Shown here piece after piece: positions 1-21,632 of a DNA stretch of 64,000 nt. This DNA is from Microbotryum violaceum (lineage: Eukaryota): assembly GCA_001244265.2 (NCBI GenBank), contig CDLV01000008.1, positions 1,302,001 through 1,366,000 on the forward strand, given 5' to 3'. Position 1 is the stretch's first letter; each line of letters begins with the position of its first letter. A program made the position numbers and the translations under genes. The notes beneath the pieces were generated by a model. The model did no database searches, was not told the DNA's origin, and was given only the letters and a program-made list of their open reading frames with translations.

Positions 1-3000
1 GAAGCGCTCAAGCCGCCGTTGCTGCGACCTTGGCCGCCCACGCACAAAGAACCGCCGCAAGCGGATCGCCTGCAGTGGGCGGCTCCACGTCTTCGTTCGG
101 GACGGGGATCGGTCAATCGCCCCCGAGGCCCGTGGGCAATGGAATGCCGCCGTCGTCGTTGACCTCGGCTTGGAACCCGTCGCTTGCGCATCAGGTGAGT
201 CACGCTCGGTTCGACGAGAGAATTTTGCTCGTCACTCTTAGCTGACGCTCCGACTTGTCATCCAGCAGCAACAGCAACAACAGCAACAACATCAACAGCC
301 GTGCCAAGCCCATGCCCAGTACTTAAACGCGCTTCGCCATGGATCAGCGCACGGCCTTCGCAGCACCTCGGCACCATCGACGTCGCCGCTCTATCCCTCG
401 ATGGGATCCTACCAGCGACCAGCGGCTGCCAACACCCTCATGAACCCGGCTGTCGTCAGGCAACCTGTTCTTGTTCCCGTGAGTATCACCAGTGCTGGTC
501 CATCATTCACACCTCCGCGTCACCCGCTCATCGTCGCTCATCACGTCATATAGAACTTGACCCGCATCACGCCTAGCGGCTCGAACGCCCCCGACCATAG
601 TCTAGGCGCCTGGTGGCTCGGCTCGTCACCCCGATCCAATCCGGCCCATCAGTCGACATCCCTCCCTTCTCGCGCCCACCTTCCGACGCCGTCCTCGACT
701 GGCCCGTGAAGAGACTCTTCATTTGGACAATCTCCCCATACTTTCAGCATCCACGCCTCCTGGTGGCCCATCCGCATCATGCATTCTCTCTTCGCTTGAT
801 CCTTTCGGTACTGTACCACTTCGTTTTGTCTTTTTTGCTTCGACGCACGAGCTGCTCTCGTTCTTCACTTCCGTCTGCATGCATCCCTCGTACTGCTTGT
901 TTCGGCCCTCGGTCTATTCGCTCAGAACCATCCGCCCTGCTTTGTCATTTCTTTCCGACGCGCCTTCTTCAGGTGTTCTACTTTGTCCTTGCAGACTGCC
1001 ATGATACTGCCTACCAATATTACTACAACTCAAAACGAGGGTGTGCTTCGCAGTGAATCGCGGATGACGGCTTTCAGCTTTATTAGCATTGCGATCGAGG
1101 TATGTATCAGGTGAGACATTTCCCTGCTCAGCAATCTGCTGTCCGGCTGCCGCACCCCATGCGTGCTCGACTTCCCCAACTCGCTCAAGTTTGGGGCCAC
1201 CGGTTTTGGAATCTGCCACGCCCCATCTCGCCAGCCGGATACGATCTTCGAACACTCAACTCCAAAAATGGCCTCTCTGGATGGTATCCGCGATCTGTAC
1301 GAGCGGGCCAAGACGGTGACAACGCACCGTCGATCGGACTCGCCGGCGCCGTTCTGGTCGCCCCTCGACAGCGCCGTGCCGGAAGGGTTCCGGATCTCCA
1401 GTTCGACCTTTACGGTGTCCGTCTCGCCCTTTTCGACGCTGTCCTTCACCTTATCCGGGCGACATGCCAAAGGAACGTTGTTGTACATGCATGAGGGTTC
1501 GCTCACGACGGTCGAGACGGTCATGTCGGGGCAGTTGCCGGACTACGACGAGCGCTACGATCAGACTGGTGCCGCTGTGACTTCGAGCGACTCCAAGGAA
1601 GCGAGCCGCGTTAAGGTCGTCGTCAAGGCACCATACAACAGCGACGAACTGTTACAATTGTGCAAGATTGGGACCGTGCAAAAGGACCTCGAAGGCGGCA
1701 TCTATATCGAGGTAAGTTATCTCAGACTGGCTGATATTCGACTTGATCCCCCTCCGGCGGACAAGCAACCCTGATCGTCAGGCCACCCCACACTCGGGGT
1801 TCTCAATCTAGAGCGAGACCTATCTCCGGCCGCCCTGGCCGTGGGGGCCCCGCCTTGCGTGCAGCGCATTCCATGAAGTCTGAGCCACTGGGATTCATTC
1901 CTCTGCTGTATAACTAAACATCGTTTGCTTTCCCTTCATGCTCGCGCTTATCGCAGACCCCTGAAGAGTCTGCCCGGGGCACTCTCGCTGGCGCCTCCAT
2001 CTCGTTCCATATAACCTTCGAGCTTTCTGTCGCAGTGAAGGCGCTCGAAACTCTCTGAGTCACGTCAAACCAGTTCCGCATCCTCTTTGACCCATCTTTA
2101 TCAAATTTGGCTATCGCGAACCTCGAGCTGTCGACTTCCGATGGGCCGATACGTTTCGATCTCGTCCGCGTCGGCCGAGCCAAGATCGTCAACCTCAACC
2201 GGCTCGACCCGAGAAAATCGAGCCTGACGAACCACAGCGATCTCGTCTCGGGTCGCATCGTTGCTTCCGACGATTTGGTACTCGACTGTTCGAAAGGTCC
2301 TATCTCCGGAACCTACACGACGACTTATCCAAACGCACCGCTGGCGATCAAGACGGTCAACTTTGACATTCGAGATGTGGCGGTGCGCTCGGCGGGAGGG
2401 ATCTACGTCTCCAACACGAACGCGTCCATCACGGGTTATTTCTTCGCGAAAGAACTTTTTACGATCGAGACTCAGCATGGCAAGGTCGGTGACGCCAATT
2501 CGACGTTCAGAGGCGAACGCGGCGTGCGAATCACGACCGCGGCGGCTGGCATCAATGGTCGATTTCGCCAAGGAATTAACGATTAAATCCTCGTCGATGC
2601 CGATTGATGCGCACGTGACAATTTTGAGTCGAAGTGCGATCTCGGAGCAAGCTTCGGTCCTCGCGTCGGCGAACATCGTGGACCGAGATCGACCTGGCCT
2701 ACTGGCTGCGAAAGACGCGGGGAGGAGCTCGTTTGAACCCCCTTCGTTCGAAACGGCTGTGCGGAACGGTGCGGGCCAATCGACTTCGAGAGGGCTCGAG
2801 ACGTTGACTGTGTTGTGTGAGACCAAGGATTCGCACGTCATGTTGGATTTCCAAAACAACCCGCGAGAGATTAAACTGACAAGTGAGGTCAAGACGACGG
2901 GCGGAGGTCTGGTCAAGGTCACGCATCCCAAGGAGTTCGTGGGCAGCTTTTCCGTGAGTGGATCGACACACCAGAACATTGTGGACAAAAGCTCATTAAT

Positions 3001-3237
3001 GCTGACTCCTGCCCATTATCTCGACAGGTTGCCACTGGCGCCCTCCAACAAGCCGTCCTCGACGTTAATCCCGACGCGGATTCGGACTCCGTAGTAGCAA
3101 ACAAGAAGGCCGTCTCGTACAAGATCAAGAAGCGCGCCGAAATTATCGGCACCATCACATACGAGGACGACTCGTTCAAGCCTCGCAATTCGACCAAGAT
3201 CGTCACCAGTGGCTCTGCCGAGCTCGTAGTTGGTTGA
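1..3237 (+). CDS. Multi-exon fungal protein of unknown function, 5' end outside window; C-terminal half has repeated beta-strand units (adhesin/DUF4097-like)
   Basis: Same-strand ORFs 1163-1774, 2107-2586, 2261-3094 and a last frame ending TGA at 3237; GT..CTGAC..AG introns (e.g. 2954-3027); repeated motif ITGYFFAKELFTIET / INGRF-FAKELTIKS. Exon structure not fully resolved. Confidence 0.45.
263..298 (+). repeat. CAG/CAA trinucleotide tract (poly-Gln)
   Basis: cagcagcaacagcaacaacagcaacaacatcaacag at an intron 3' end. Confidence 0.7.
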
Positions 3238-3875
3238 CGGCGTTACTTTGTGTAGTAGTCCTTGGGCCACTTGGACGGTTTTGAGAGCTGAGCATGAAAC
3301 TACATGCCCTGTAGAGACGAAGTCGATGCTTTTTGTGCACTTGGATTGGGAAATTTTATCCTTGTATCATTGAGCAGGCTCGAGTGTGTGTTGCAGTACA
3401 TGCAAACACTTGAGTGAAGAGCTTGCCGGCGTTGGTCGGACAGCCAGGCTTGGCTGAACAGCTCGGGCTGAGCCCGGTGCTCCCGACCACGTGACCGGGA
3501 TCGGACTAAAGCTAAGTGGGAAGCAAGCAGAAGAAGAGGAAGACACATTGCAAGGTTCTCTTCCGACCATCGAACAGCCACCAAATACTTCCGCCGCACC
3601 TCCTCAACCTCAAGAGCATTAGATTGGAAACCTTGAACTCGAATCTCTTCGAATAGAGCTGTCTTGACTTCCTCTTCCAGCCGTCTAGCAGTTCGTCGCC
3701 GATTTTCGTTCCTAGGGCATGCTGATCGCCGTCTTGAAGGTGGGTGAGAACAGGCAGCAGCGTAGCCATCTCGGGCGATGGGAACTTTAGGGGGACCGAA
3801 GCAGACGTAAAGCGCCGTTGTCAACTCTTAGCCACTCGACGACTCCCGAGGGTTGAACCACCCCAGAGTTGGAGG

Positions 3876-8590
<4,715 letters not shown>

Positions 8591-8793
8591 ATTTCCCTTG
8601 CAAAACTGCCACTCCTCCTGCCCCCCAGCCTACCTCCAATCAGGGAGTTGCCTACTTCGTTGAAAAATCCTCCGAGTCCCCCAGCTCAGAGACCACCTCT
8701 CCATCCCCAAGCCCTCCTCCGGCCACGCCAAAGTCGATCATAACTCGATCCAAGTCGATTGCCGCCCTCTCCAAGCCAGCCACTCGTGAAGCC

Positions 8794-13226
<4,433 letters not shown>

Positions 13227-16200
13227 AAGCCCCTCCCACTGCGCCTGCCCTCGAAGCCTCCGAGCCGAGCCCCGAGCCGTCTTCGCCCACGCCGTTGCCC
13301 TCAGCCGCGCCCAAAGCCCGACCCGATGACGCCGACACCGACGACGAGGCCGACGAAGAAGCCGAAGACCAAGAAGCACCTCCTAAGGACGTGGAAGACG
13401 CTATGGACCAAGATGATGAGCACAACTAAAATCCAAAACGTGTCTTTTGTTGCTGCCAACGTGCAGTCAATCAATGAAGACCGTAAGCGTGCCTCTCTTT
13501 TCTCCAGTCTCCGCTCCCATAACGCCGACGTCTTTCTCCTGAGCGAAACTGGCCGACCTTCCCCGAAAGGGTGGCCCAGTGGACTCAGGAGTGCCAAGAC
13601 TTAAAGCTCTCCGCCCCTTTTCACTCCTTTCAACAACACTGCCATACTTTGGAAGAGCGACTCCGTGGTCATTGCTTTTGATCCCGAGTCGCCTCCAAAC
13701 ACTCTTCGTGCCTCTTTCTCTTTCCCGGACCGAGTCACCGACGCCACCTTTTGTGTGGGTGATTCAAAAGTCCGGGTTGTATTAATATACGCGCCTTCCT
13801 CCGACAAGCCAGACAAAAACCGCTTCCTCTCACACCTCAGCACCGCCCTCCGACAAGTTGTACGTGACGAACCCTCGCCGCCTGCGCTCCTAGTCGGGGG
13901 GACTGGAATTGTGTTGAGTCCCAGCCCCTCGATTCGGAGAACCAAAACGGAACGAATTATGGGGGTCAGGAGATGCGCGACCTTGCCACGGCCAACAATC
14001 TTTTCGACGCCTATCGGCTCCATCATCCCAAAGGACGAGCCACGACGAATCGCTCAGCGCCCGGCACGTGCCGTCGCCTTGACCGCATCTATGTCTCGCC
14101 TGATTGGGTCGACCTCTTCCATGATCACAAAATTTGGGCTCCTGTCCTCAAATCGACGCACTCAATGGTTGTGGCACGGTTCCAAGTGCCGGGCGCAATC
14201 GACATCGGTCCGGGCAAATTCAAGCTGGGTTTGCACGTGATCGAGGGCGACGCGACCTGCGAGTACCTCACCTCCATTGCGCACCCTTTACAACAAAGCC
14301 TTCCTCCAGACGCCCAACGATCCACCAGCAGCTTGGACGTCCACCAAACACCGCCTGCTGCCCGAGCTGCAGGCTCTGGCCCGGACTTTCGCTCGGCGCG
14401 GCCCTGCGGTCCCGCCTCGACCCATCTCTGGCGGGTCCCTCTTCCATCTTCATCCGCCTGCGCAAAGTGCGAGCATCCGACCTGATCCCTTCGCTCACGG
14501 TCAACGATGTTGTTCATTCCGACCCTGATTCGATGCTTGGAGCGGCCAGCGACTACTTCGAGCGGGTCTATGAGGACCGCCCCATCGATGACGCGGCCCT
14601 GAAGGCGATCATCGACGGCCTCGCTTCAACTCGCCTCTCCCCCGCGGACTCACTCAAGCTCGAGGAAGCGTACCCGTTGGAGGAGATGACAAAGGCTCAA
14701 GCTGCGTTCCTCTGCGCCGTTGGCCTCGGCCCCAAAGCCCGCCAATGGTACGAGCGACCTACACCGACCAATCTGCCTCGATCTTCCTCAACGGTTGGCT
14801 CTCTGCCACTTTCGACATCCTGTCGGGCGTTCGGCAAGGTGATCCTTTGGCTCCGTCTCTCTTCGTCCTGGCGATCGAAGGTTTTGCCTGTCAGATTCGA
14901 TTGAGAGTCAAGGGCATCGATATTGCGGGCCTCCAAATCGTTGGCGAACTCCTTTTTGCCGACGACGCTTGCTGCGCACTCCACAACCTCTCGGACCTCG
15001 ACCACCTCAATCGGGCGATCGAGCTTTACGAACGGGCAAGTGCCAGCAAGCTCAGCAACGTCAAATCTTTCCTCTACCCCTTGGAGCTTTTCGGGATCGG
15101 TCGATCGCCCCAGATCTCGGGACCTGGCGTCTCAGCGATTCGCACTTTCGCTACCTTGGTATTCAGGTCGGGGTGGAGATCGCCGAGGATGCGGGCTGGG
15201 AGGATGTCAAGGCCTTGACCATCGCTCGGATACGCTCGATTCCGATGTACGATCTCCCATATGCAGCCAAGTGTTCGATCATCAACATCTACTGCTACAC
15301 AAAGATCTTGTACTACAGTCGATTCCTTCCCGCCCCAAGAGCGTTGTCACGGAGATCGAGGAGGCCGCCATGCTCGCCATTCATGGTCGAGCTTCGGATG
15401 GTACTCAGCGACGTCCGAAGGTCTCCCGGTCGCGCCTCTGCACCCCTCTTGATCACGGCGGCTTCGGTTTGATTGATCTGCCTCGGCGTCTAGCAATTGA
15501 TCACGCGAAGTGGGTCTTCCAGCTCCGGGCCCCGGACGGCTGCTTCACACGCCACCTCTTCGACATCCGCATCCGCCTCCAGGCACCAAACGAACCAACC
15601 CCTTTCACCTTGTCCAGACCGGCCCCCAACCAGCATCGTTGCCCTTGGATTTGGATCTGGTGGGCTTACTTTTGCCATCCTCCCCCAAAGTGGGACCATG
15701 CGGTGAGAAAAACGACAAAACTTCTTCCTGCTCGTTGGGTCCGATACTTCGAAGCCTGGGCGTTGGTGACCACGCTCAATCCCCCGGAACTCTCCAAGAG
15801 CCAGAACCTCGAGCAATGGGCGACGCACGTACTCTATTTCCCAGCGGGCCACGGAATACAACTCTCGGTAAACCCGACGCTTTTTCGAGGGCCCGATGGC
15901 GAGGTGATGACCCCGTCTTCGTTTGTGAACGCGTCCAAACGCCACCAAGTCTTCATCTTTCCCCCTATCTTCCCCAAGGGACACCAGAAGGTATTCGATC
16001 TGCCTGAGCAACGCTGGAACGCTTGGTGGAAGGCTTTGCGCAAGGTTCGCCGGGTTCACTCGGACGCCGAGGATACCGGCCACCTTCTCTCCCTGGGGTC
16101 CCTCCATCCGGGAAGCCAAGTCGCCTCCCCAACCAGCCCACACCCCAACAATCGATCTACCTCCTGTGTGATGTGCCTCTCGGAAGCACCCGAGTGCCTG

Positions 16201-17094
16201 GTTCACCTCGCGGTCGGCTGCCCATTTGCCCGGCGCCTCTGGTCTGCTCTGTCCCCGACCCCCCACCCAGTCTTTGTGGACTTTGTATGCCCGGTCGTGT
16301 CTCGCTCGGAACGTCGACTTGTCGAACTACGAGTCCTCTTCTTTCACTCGATCTGGAAGCTCTGTCGCCGTCGTCGATTCTCGTCGGATCTTTTGGAACC
16401 GATCATCGAAACGGAGTTCGAGGGGCTTCGAGCCTCTATCCAGGAGTCCAAGGGTCGCCTAGTGTCTCTGTAAGACACCAAAGGGGGTTTTAGTGGGTAT
16501 GGTTGATTCTGGTTCAGGGTCAATGAGTCCTACACTACTGGCTTCTGCCAGTGTGCGTAACAGCATTCCCTCCGACTTTTCCGAAGATTTCTAGGTATTA
16601 ATATAATTATGCTGTTAATGAAGTCTATCAAATAAATAAAAAAGGATACGCCCGCGCGCGCACGTGACATGCGTAAGGATACGCTCGCGCGCAAAGAGCA
16701 CTGGCTGCTGCTGGTGAATAATTGACTCTTTCCGCACACCAGTGGTTGTCAAAGTATCGCCATGCCCATTTTTGCACTAAGTTTAGTTATACATACTATT
16801 GCTGACCGCTATCATAGCCCCTGCTGTACACTACATTAGTGATTGACAAGGCCAAAACTTCACTGGACCACTGGGGCACAACTTTGTGAGTCAAACTTGC
16901 CATCAACATGAATGTTCCCCACTGTGATTTCCTCCAGGAGCACTGCACCGCTGGAAAACATTGTAAGAGGAGAGCATCGTCAGCTCTATTGATCTGCTTT
17001 TTTGGCGTTCTCAACACTCACTATCTCGCATTCATGAAAAAAAGCCGACGCATCTTCCATCTTCCAGACACCTTGTCCTTCTTCAAGAGTCCCT

Positions 17095-17241
17095 AATAAG
17101 AGACTGACGAGCGTGTAATCCAACCGTGGAGAGAAGACAACGGTTGGTGCGCATCGCCAGGCTTCACTAAACAAATGCGCGCTTCTAATCAAATAACCGA
17201 TAGCCGCCTTCCTGCTAATCCTCATTCACAACACGCCAACT
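17095..17241 (-). repeat. 3' LTR of copia B (147 bp, lacks the intron-like segment)
   Basis: Matches 21417-21632 except for a 69-bp segment and two substitutions. Confidence 0.93.
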
Positions 17242-20200
17242 CGCCCCTTCACGCGATGAATCTATAAGCCCCGTCGCATGTACAAACTGATAGTGCTTCT
17301 GTGTCCCGAGCCCCTTGGTGAGGATGTCCGCAGCCATGGTGCCTGTGGGCGCCCAGATTATCTTGATTGTGCCTTCCGCAATGTGGTCCCGGATGAAGTG
17401 AAAGTGGATGCCAATATGTTTGGTACGAGCATGGAAAGCCGGGTGCTTGGCCAGAGTGATGGCGGACTGGTTGTCACCCCGCAAACGAGTTGGAGCGGTC
17501 TGCTCAAAGCCAAGATCCGCAAGCAAACAACGTAACCAAATCCCCTCGTGAGCGGCGTATGACATGGCCACATACTCGGCCTCGGTACTGGAGAGGGTGA
17601 CGAGAGTCTGTCGCTTGGCGATCCAAGAGATAGCCCCACCAGCACACATGAACACGTAGCCCGAGACGCTCTGGCGAGTGACCGGGTTGGCGCCATGATC
17701 AGCATCAACAAATCCCTCCAAGATTGCCGACATAGGCTGGAAGGACTTCTGATAGCGGATGCCAAAATTGCGGGTACCGACAAGGTAGCGCAGGATGTGT
17801 TTGAGCGTCTCCCAATGCTCCGCCGTGAAGTCATTGCAGAAACAAGCAGCCTTTGAAACGGCGAACGCGATGTCGGGTTGGGTGGTGCCAGAGAGGTATA
17901 AGAGCTTGCCTACAATGGCGCGATAGGGGATTGAGGCAGGATCAAAACCAGAGTCAGCGCGATTCCTCAGAGTCGACGGAGCCGCAAGAGGTGTGGGGCG
18001 GGGGAGGCATTGGCCATGTGGTGTTCCTCGAGGATGGCATTGACGAAATGTCCCTGGTTGACGATCGAAGCACCCGTCTTGCCCTCACGACAGATGCTCT
18101 GGCCGAGGAAGAAGGAAGCCTCGTTGGTGCTGCGAGCTTCGAACCGAGCCTTGAGCTGACAGAGCACGCCGTCGAGATCCCCGTCACCCGTGAGCAGAGC
18201 GTTGTCGACATGAATGGAGAGGAAAGACCGTCAATCCCCCTCTTTGCGAACAAAAACAGCATGGTCACTGTCGGTGCGGGTGAAGCCAATGGACAGGATC
18301 CATTCAGTGAAGACCTTGTACCACTTGCGGCCCGCCTGAACGAGGCCGTAGAGAGCGCGCTGCAAGCGCACGATATCACCTCCGGGTAGTCGCATGTAGA
18401 TCTTGGTCCCGCCGAGGTTGCCGTTGAGGTACGCAGACAAGACGTCAAACTGGCGGGTCTCCCACTCGTTCTCGACGGCGAGGGCAAGTAACAGTTGATG
18501 GGAGGCAGCTCGACCTGTGGGCGAGAACGAATCAATATGCACCCCCCAACATCTTTGCATGTCCCCGCGCGCAACAAGTCGAGCTTTGTACTTGACAATT
18601 TGTAGTCAGGCGGACGGCGGGTCCGGGTGGAGCAATCACCATCGGGCGGTGCGTTTGCCGGGCCAGGGTTCGAAAATGCGAGGGCGGGCGGAACGGGTGG
18701 CGGAGCGGCGGCAGCGGGAGCCACGACCGGCGCTTCGGCGACAGGGGCGCAGCGGCGGAACCGATGCCGAGCGGCGCGGGCGGGTAAGACAAACCGACCG
18801 CAACAGGGATGGCAGGCATGGCAGGGCTCACTGCAGCGGGAAAGAAACGGTACTCAAAGAAGCTGGCCTGAGACGACTCAAAGGCCTTGTTGCGAACCGG
18901 ATCGAAGAAGCGCCAGGCCGTGGATCGCAAGGAGTAGCCAACAAAGTAGCAGAGGCGGGATCGCGGGGCCAGCTTGTTGGGACGTTGCTCGGGGGTGAGC
19001 GGCACAGCCCCAGGTCTTGACACGGTCGAGACAGGGGCGGCGGGTGTCCGTGACCGGGTCCGAGGGTTCGTGCAGCCCAGAGTCTGGGGTGCATTGCTGG
19101 AGCGGCGACAAGGGGAGCAGATTTATGACGTAGATCGCGGCGTGCGCCGCTTCATCCCAAAGTGCGGGAGGCAGTCCCGAGCAATGGAGCCAGGCGCGAA
19201 CGGAGTTGAAGATTGTTCGCCAGCTGCGTTCCTGAACGCCCATCTGGCCGTGCTCGTACGCTGTGGAGAGCTCGTGGAAAATGCCCCGCACGGCGAGCCA
19301 ATCCCGGAGCCTGTGGTTCACAAACTTGCCCCCTCTGTCCGTGCTCAGCGTTGTGACGCCCTGGCCCCCGTACTGGGTCTTTGATATCGCAACAAAATCC
19401 TGAAGGATGGCTGACGAGTCACTCTTGAGCCGGATGCTGCGAGCCCAGCGGAAGCGCGAAAACTCGTCCGTGATGCCGCAGAGGTAACGAGCACCCAAAA
19501 GTGCGGGCACAGGGGAAGGACCCCACATGTCGGCAAAGACACGGGAGAAAGGTGCGTCCGCAGGGTGGCTTGCGGGTTCCCGGTTTGGGGAAGAGACAGT
19601 TTTGCCGGCGCAACAAGCATTGCACTGATCAAGGAGGCAAATCTGATCCGGAGTTACAGCTGCTACATCGAGTGGAATTTGACCCGACCTAACAAGCTAT
19701 ACCAAACGACCCCAAGAAGGATGACCCAAGCGCTGATGCCAAAGCACTACGTCTGTAGGCAAGGTGGTGGCAGTTGGTGATCCGCCCGAGGAGGTGGGTG
19801 AGAACTTGCCTGAAGCACGTAGTGGTTGCAATCAAGGGTGAAGGAAAGGCGGGAGGTTGCGCTCAAGATCACGATCCCGGTATGTTTCCCAGCCGCGTCG
19901 CACTCGTTGGATAGCTCATACCCGTCCTTCATCAGGCCGGCGAGTGAGACAAGTTCAGCGGACAGACCGGGACGAGGAGGACGTCGTGGAGCTCAATGGA
20001 CGCTTTGTCGACACCGAACCGGAGAGTGCCCGTACCGGTTGCCATGGCACTGGAGTTGAAGGCGCCGACGACCCGGACGCGCTCCGTGGTGAAGGGCTTG
20101 AAGTCGATGAGGAGGTCCCGGCGAATTGTCATGTGGCGGGTCGCACCCGAATCAAGCAAGTAGCGCGGGATTTCGCTCAGGTACAGCGCCGTGTTGTCGT

Positions 20201-21416
20201 CACCAATGGGTATGCCGACGACAAAGTATCCCTTGTAGGCCTCGTCCTCGAGCTGAGCCTCGGGTGCACGGTCGACGGCGACAAGCGCCATTACGTCGGC
20301 CGCGCCAATGGTGATGTTGTGCTTGGCGAGAGACCTCTGCCGACGGCACCGTGCATTCGTCGCCAAGATGTCCCTGCTTGTAGCACCTTCTGCACTGCAT
20401 CCGACCCAGTTTCAGGCAACCAGCGTGCGAGATCCCGTGAGGCCACCTCTCCTTGAGGCCGGGCACCCTCGAGGCCTGAAGGAAGGGGGGCGCCGAGGGA
20501 CCGGAAGGACGGCCCGAGGGTTTTGAGCGAGGACGACCCGAGGCTGGCTGACTCCGAGACTGCACCCGTGCCGCTAATGCCTCCGCAATGGGCTCGATTT
20601 GTTGGCTCGAGGAAAGTGCGGCCCTACGTATTGCGCCCTCAACTTGCTCGAGCAATGGGAGCGTGCCGATGGAGTTGATGACCGTCACAAGGTTCCTCGG
20701 CATCCTAGCCTTCAAGAGATCCATGCGAACGCACTCGGACAGCGCGGGCAGTGGTACCCACTTGTCGAAATCGCTCTGGGTAAACGATGTGCCGTCGATC
20801 CTGGCGCGTTGATAGGCTTTGTCACGGGAGACGTGGGCGGCGACGAGGTCCTCAAACAACCGGTTGAAGTTTGCAAGCCATGGGTCGAGCGCTTCGCCGT
20901 CGACAAATGGCTCACACAAGAAGAGGGCGTCGAGCTTCGCTGAGCGCATGAAATTGTCCGAAGCGCGACCGAGATCCTTATCGAGCGCGGCCCACAAGTC
21001 GTGCGTGGCGTTGGCTTTGACGCGGGCGAAGGTGGACTCCCCCAAGCATACGATTAGCGTGTTGCGCGCCTGCGCAAGGGCCTGATCGAGAGCGTTGACA
21101 CCCTGACGGTACAATCGAAGTTGGTTGCGATAGGTGGCCACATCGTCTACCCGGTTGTCGCCCTCCAAGCGAGTGAACTCGGACTGCAAAGGCTCGGGGC
21201 CGACGTCTAGAACACCGGTGACGTGCTTGAGGCGGCCCTCGCCTTTCAGGACGTTCTGAAGTCGCTCCCTGGCAACACCCCGGTTGGTGGCGTCGACTTT
21301 GCCGTATAGGTCGCCTATCAGACTGACGTGGTCAGCCGTGGGAGTCGCCATCTTGGATATGCGCTGCGTCTTTTCTGCGTGCGGATCTGTGCCTTGCGGC
21401 AATACAGACGCTACCA

Positions 21417-21632
21417 AATAAGAGACTGACGAGCGTGTAATCCAACCGTCGGTTAATTGCATATGATAGTAGCCGTAGTGCTAGATGTACGTACCTGACG
21501 AGCGTGTAATCCAACCGTGGAGAGAAGACAACGGTTGGTGCGCATCGCCAGGCTTCACTAAACAAACGCGCGCTTCTAATCAAATAACCGATAGCCGCCT
21601 TCCTGCTAATCCTCATTCACAACAGGCCAACT
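21417..21632 (-). repeat. 5' LTR of copia B (216 bp) with 24-bp direct repeat and intron-like segment 21426-21494
   Basis: ctgacgagcgtgtaatccaaccgt at 21426 and 21495; on minus the segment reads GTACGT...TTAAC...CAG. Confidence 0.93.

Larger units (their letters stand above)
17095..21632 (-). mobile_element. Ty1/copia LTR retrotransposon B with non-canonical AGTT...TATT LTR termini, defective
   Basis: LTRs 21417-21632 (5') and 17095-17241 (3'); TSD TCCCT at 17090-17094 and 21633-21637; PBS TGGTAGCG next to the 5' LTR; PPT GAAGGGGCG; gag ATG 21351 with CRRCYKQGHLGDEC, YLLDSGATRHM, integrase [18 protein letters not shown], RNase H FVDADH/SSTEAEY. Confidence 0.95.

Noticed and set aside
3300-3870. 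Minus ORF 3300-3824 as the 3' remnant of another LINE
   Set aside because: Plausible from position next to the poly(A) tract, but no diagnostic motif; not supportable.
17229-21624. Canonical TG start for copia B LTRs at 17233/21624
   Set aside because: Gives no TSD and leaves 7 matching bases outside; the AGTT boundary gives TSD TCCCT and restores the host frame.
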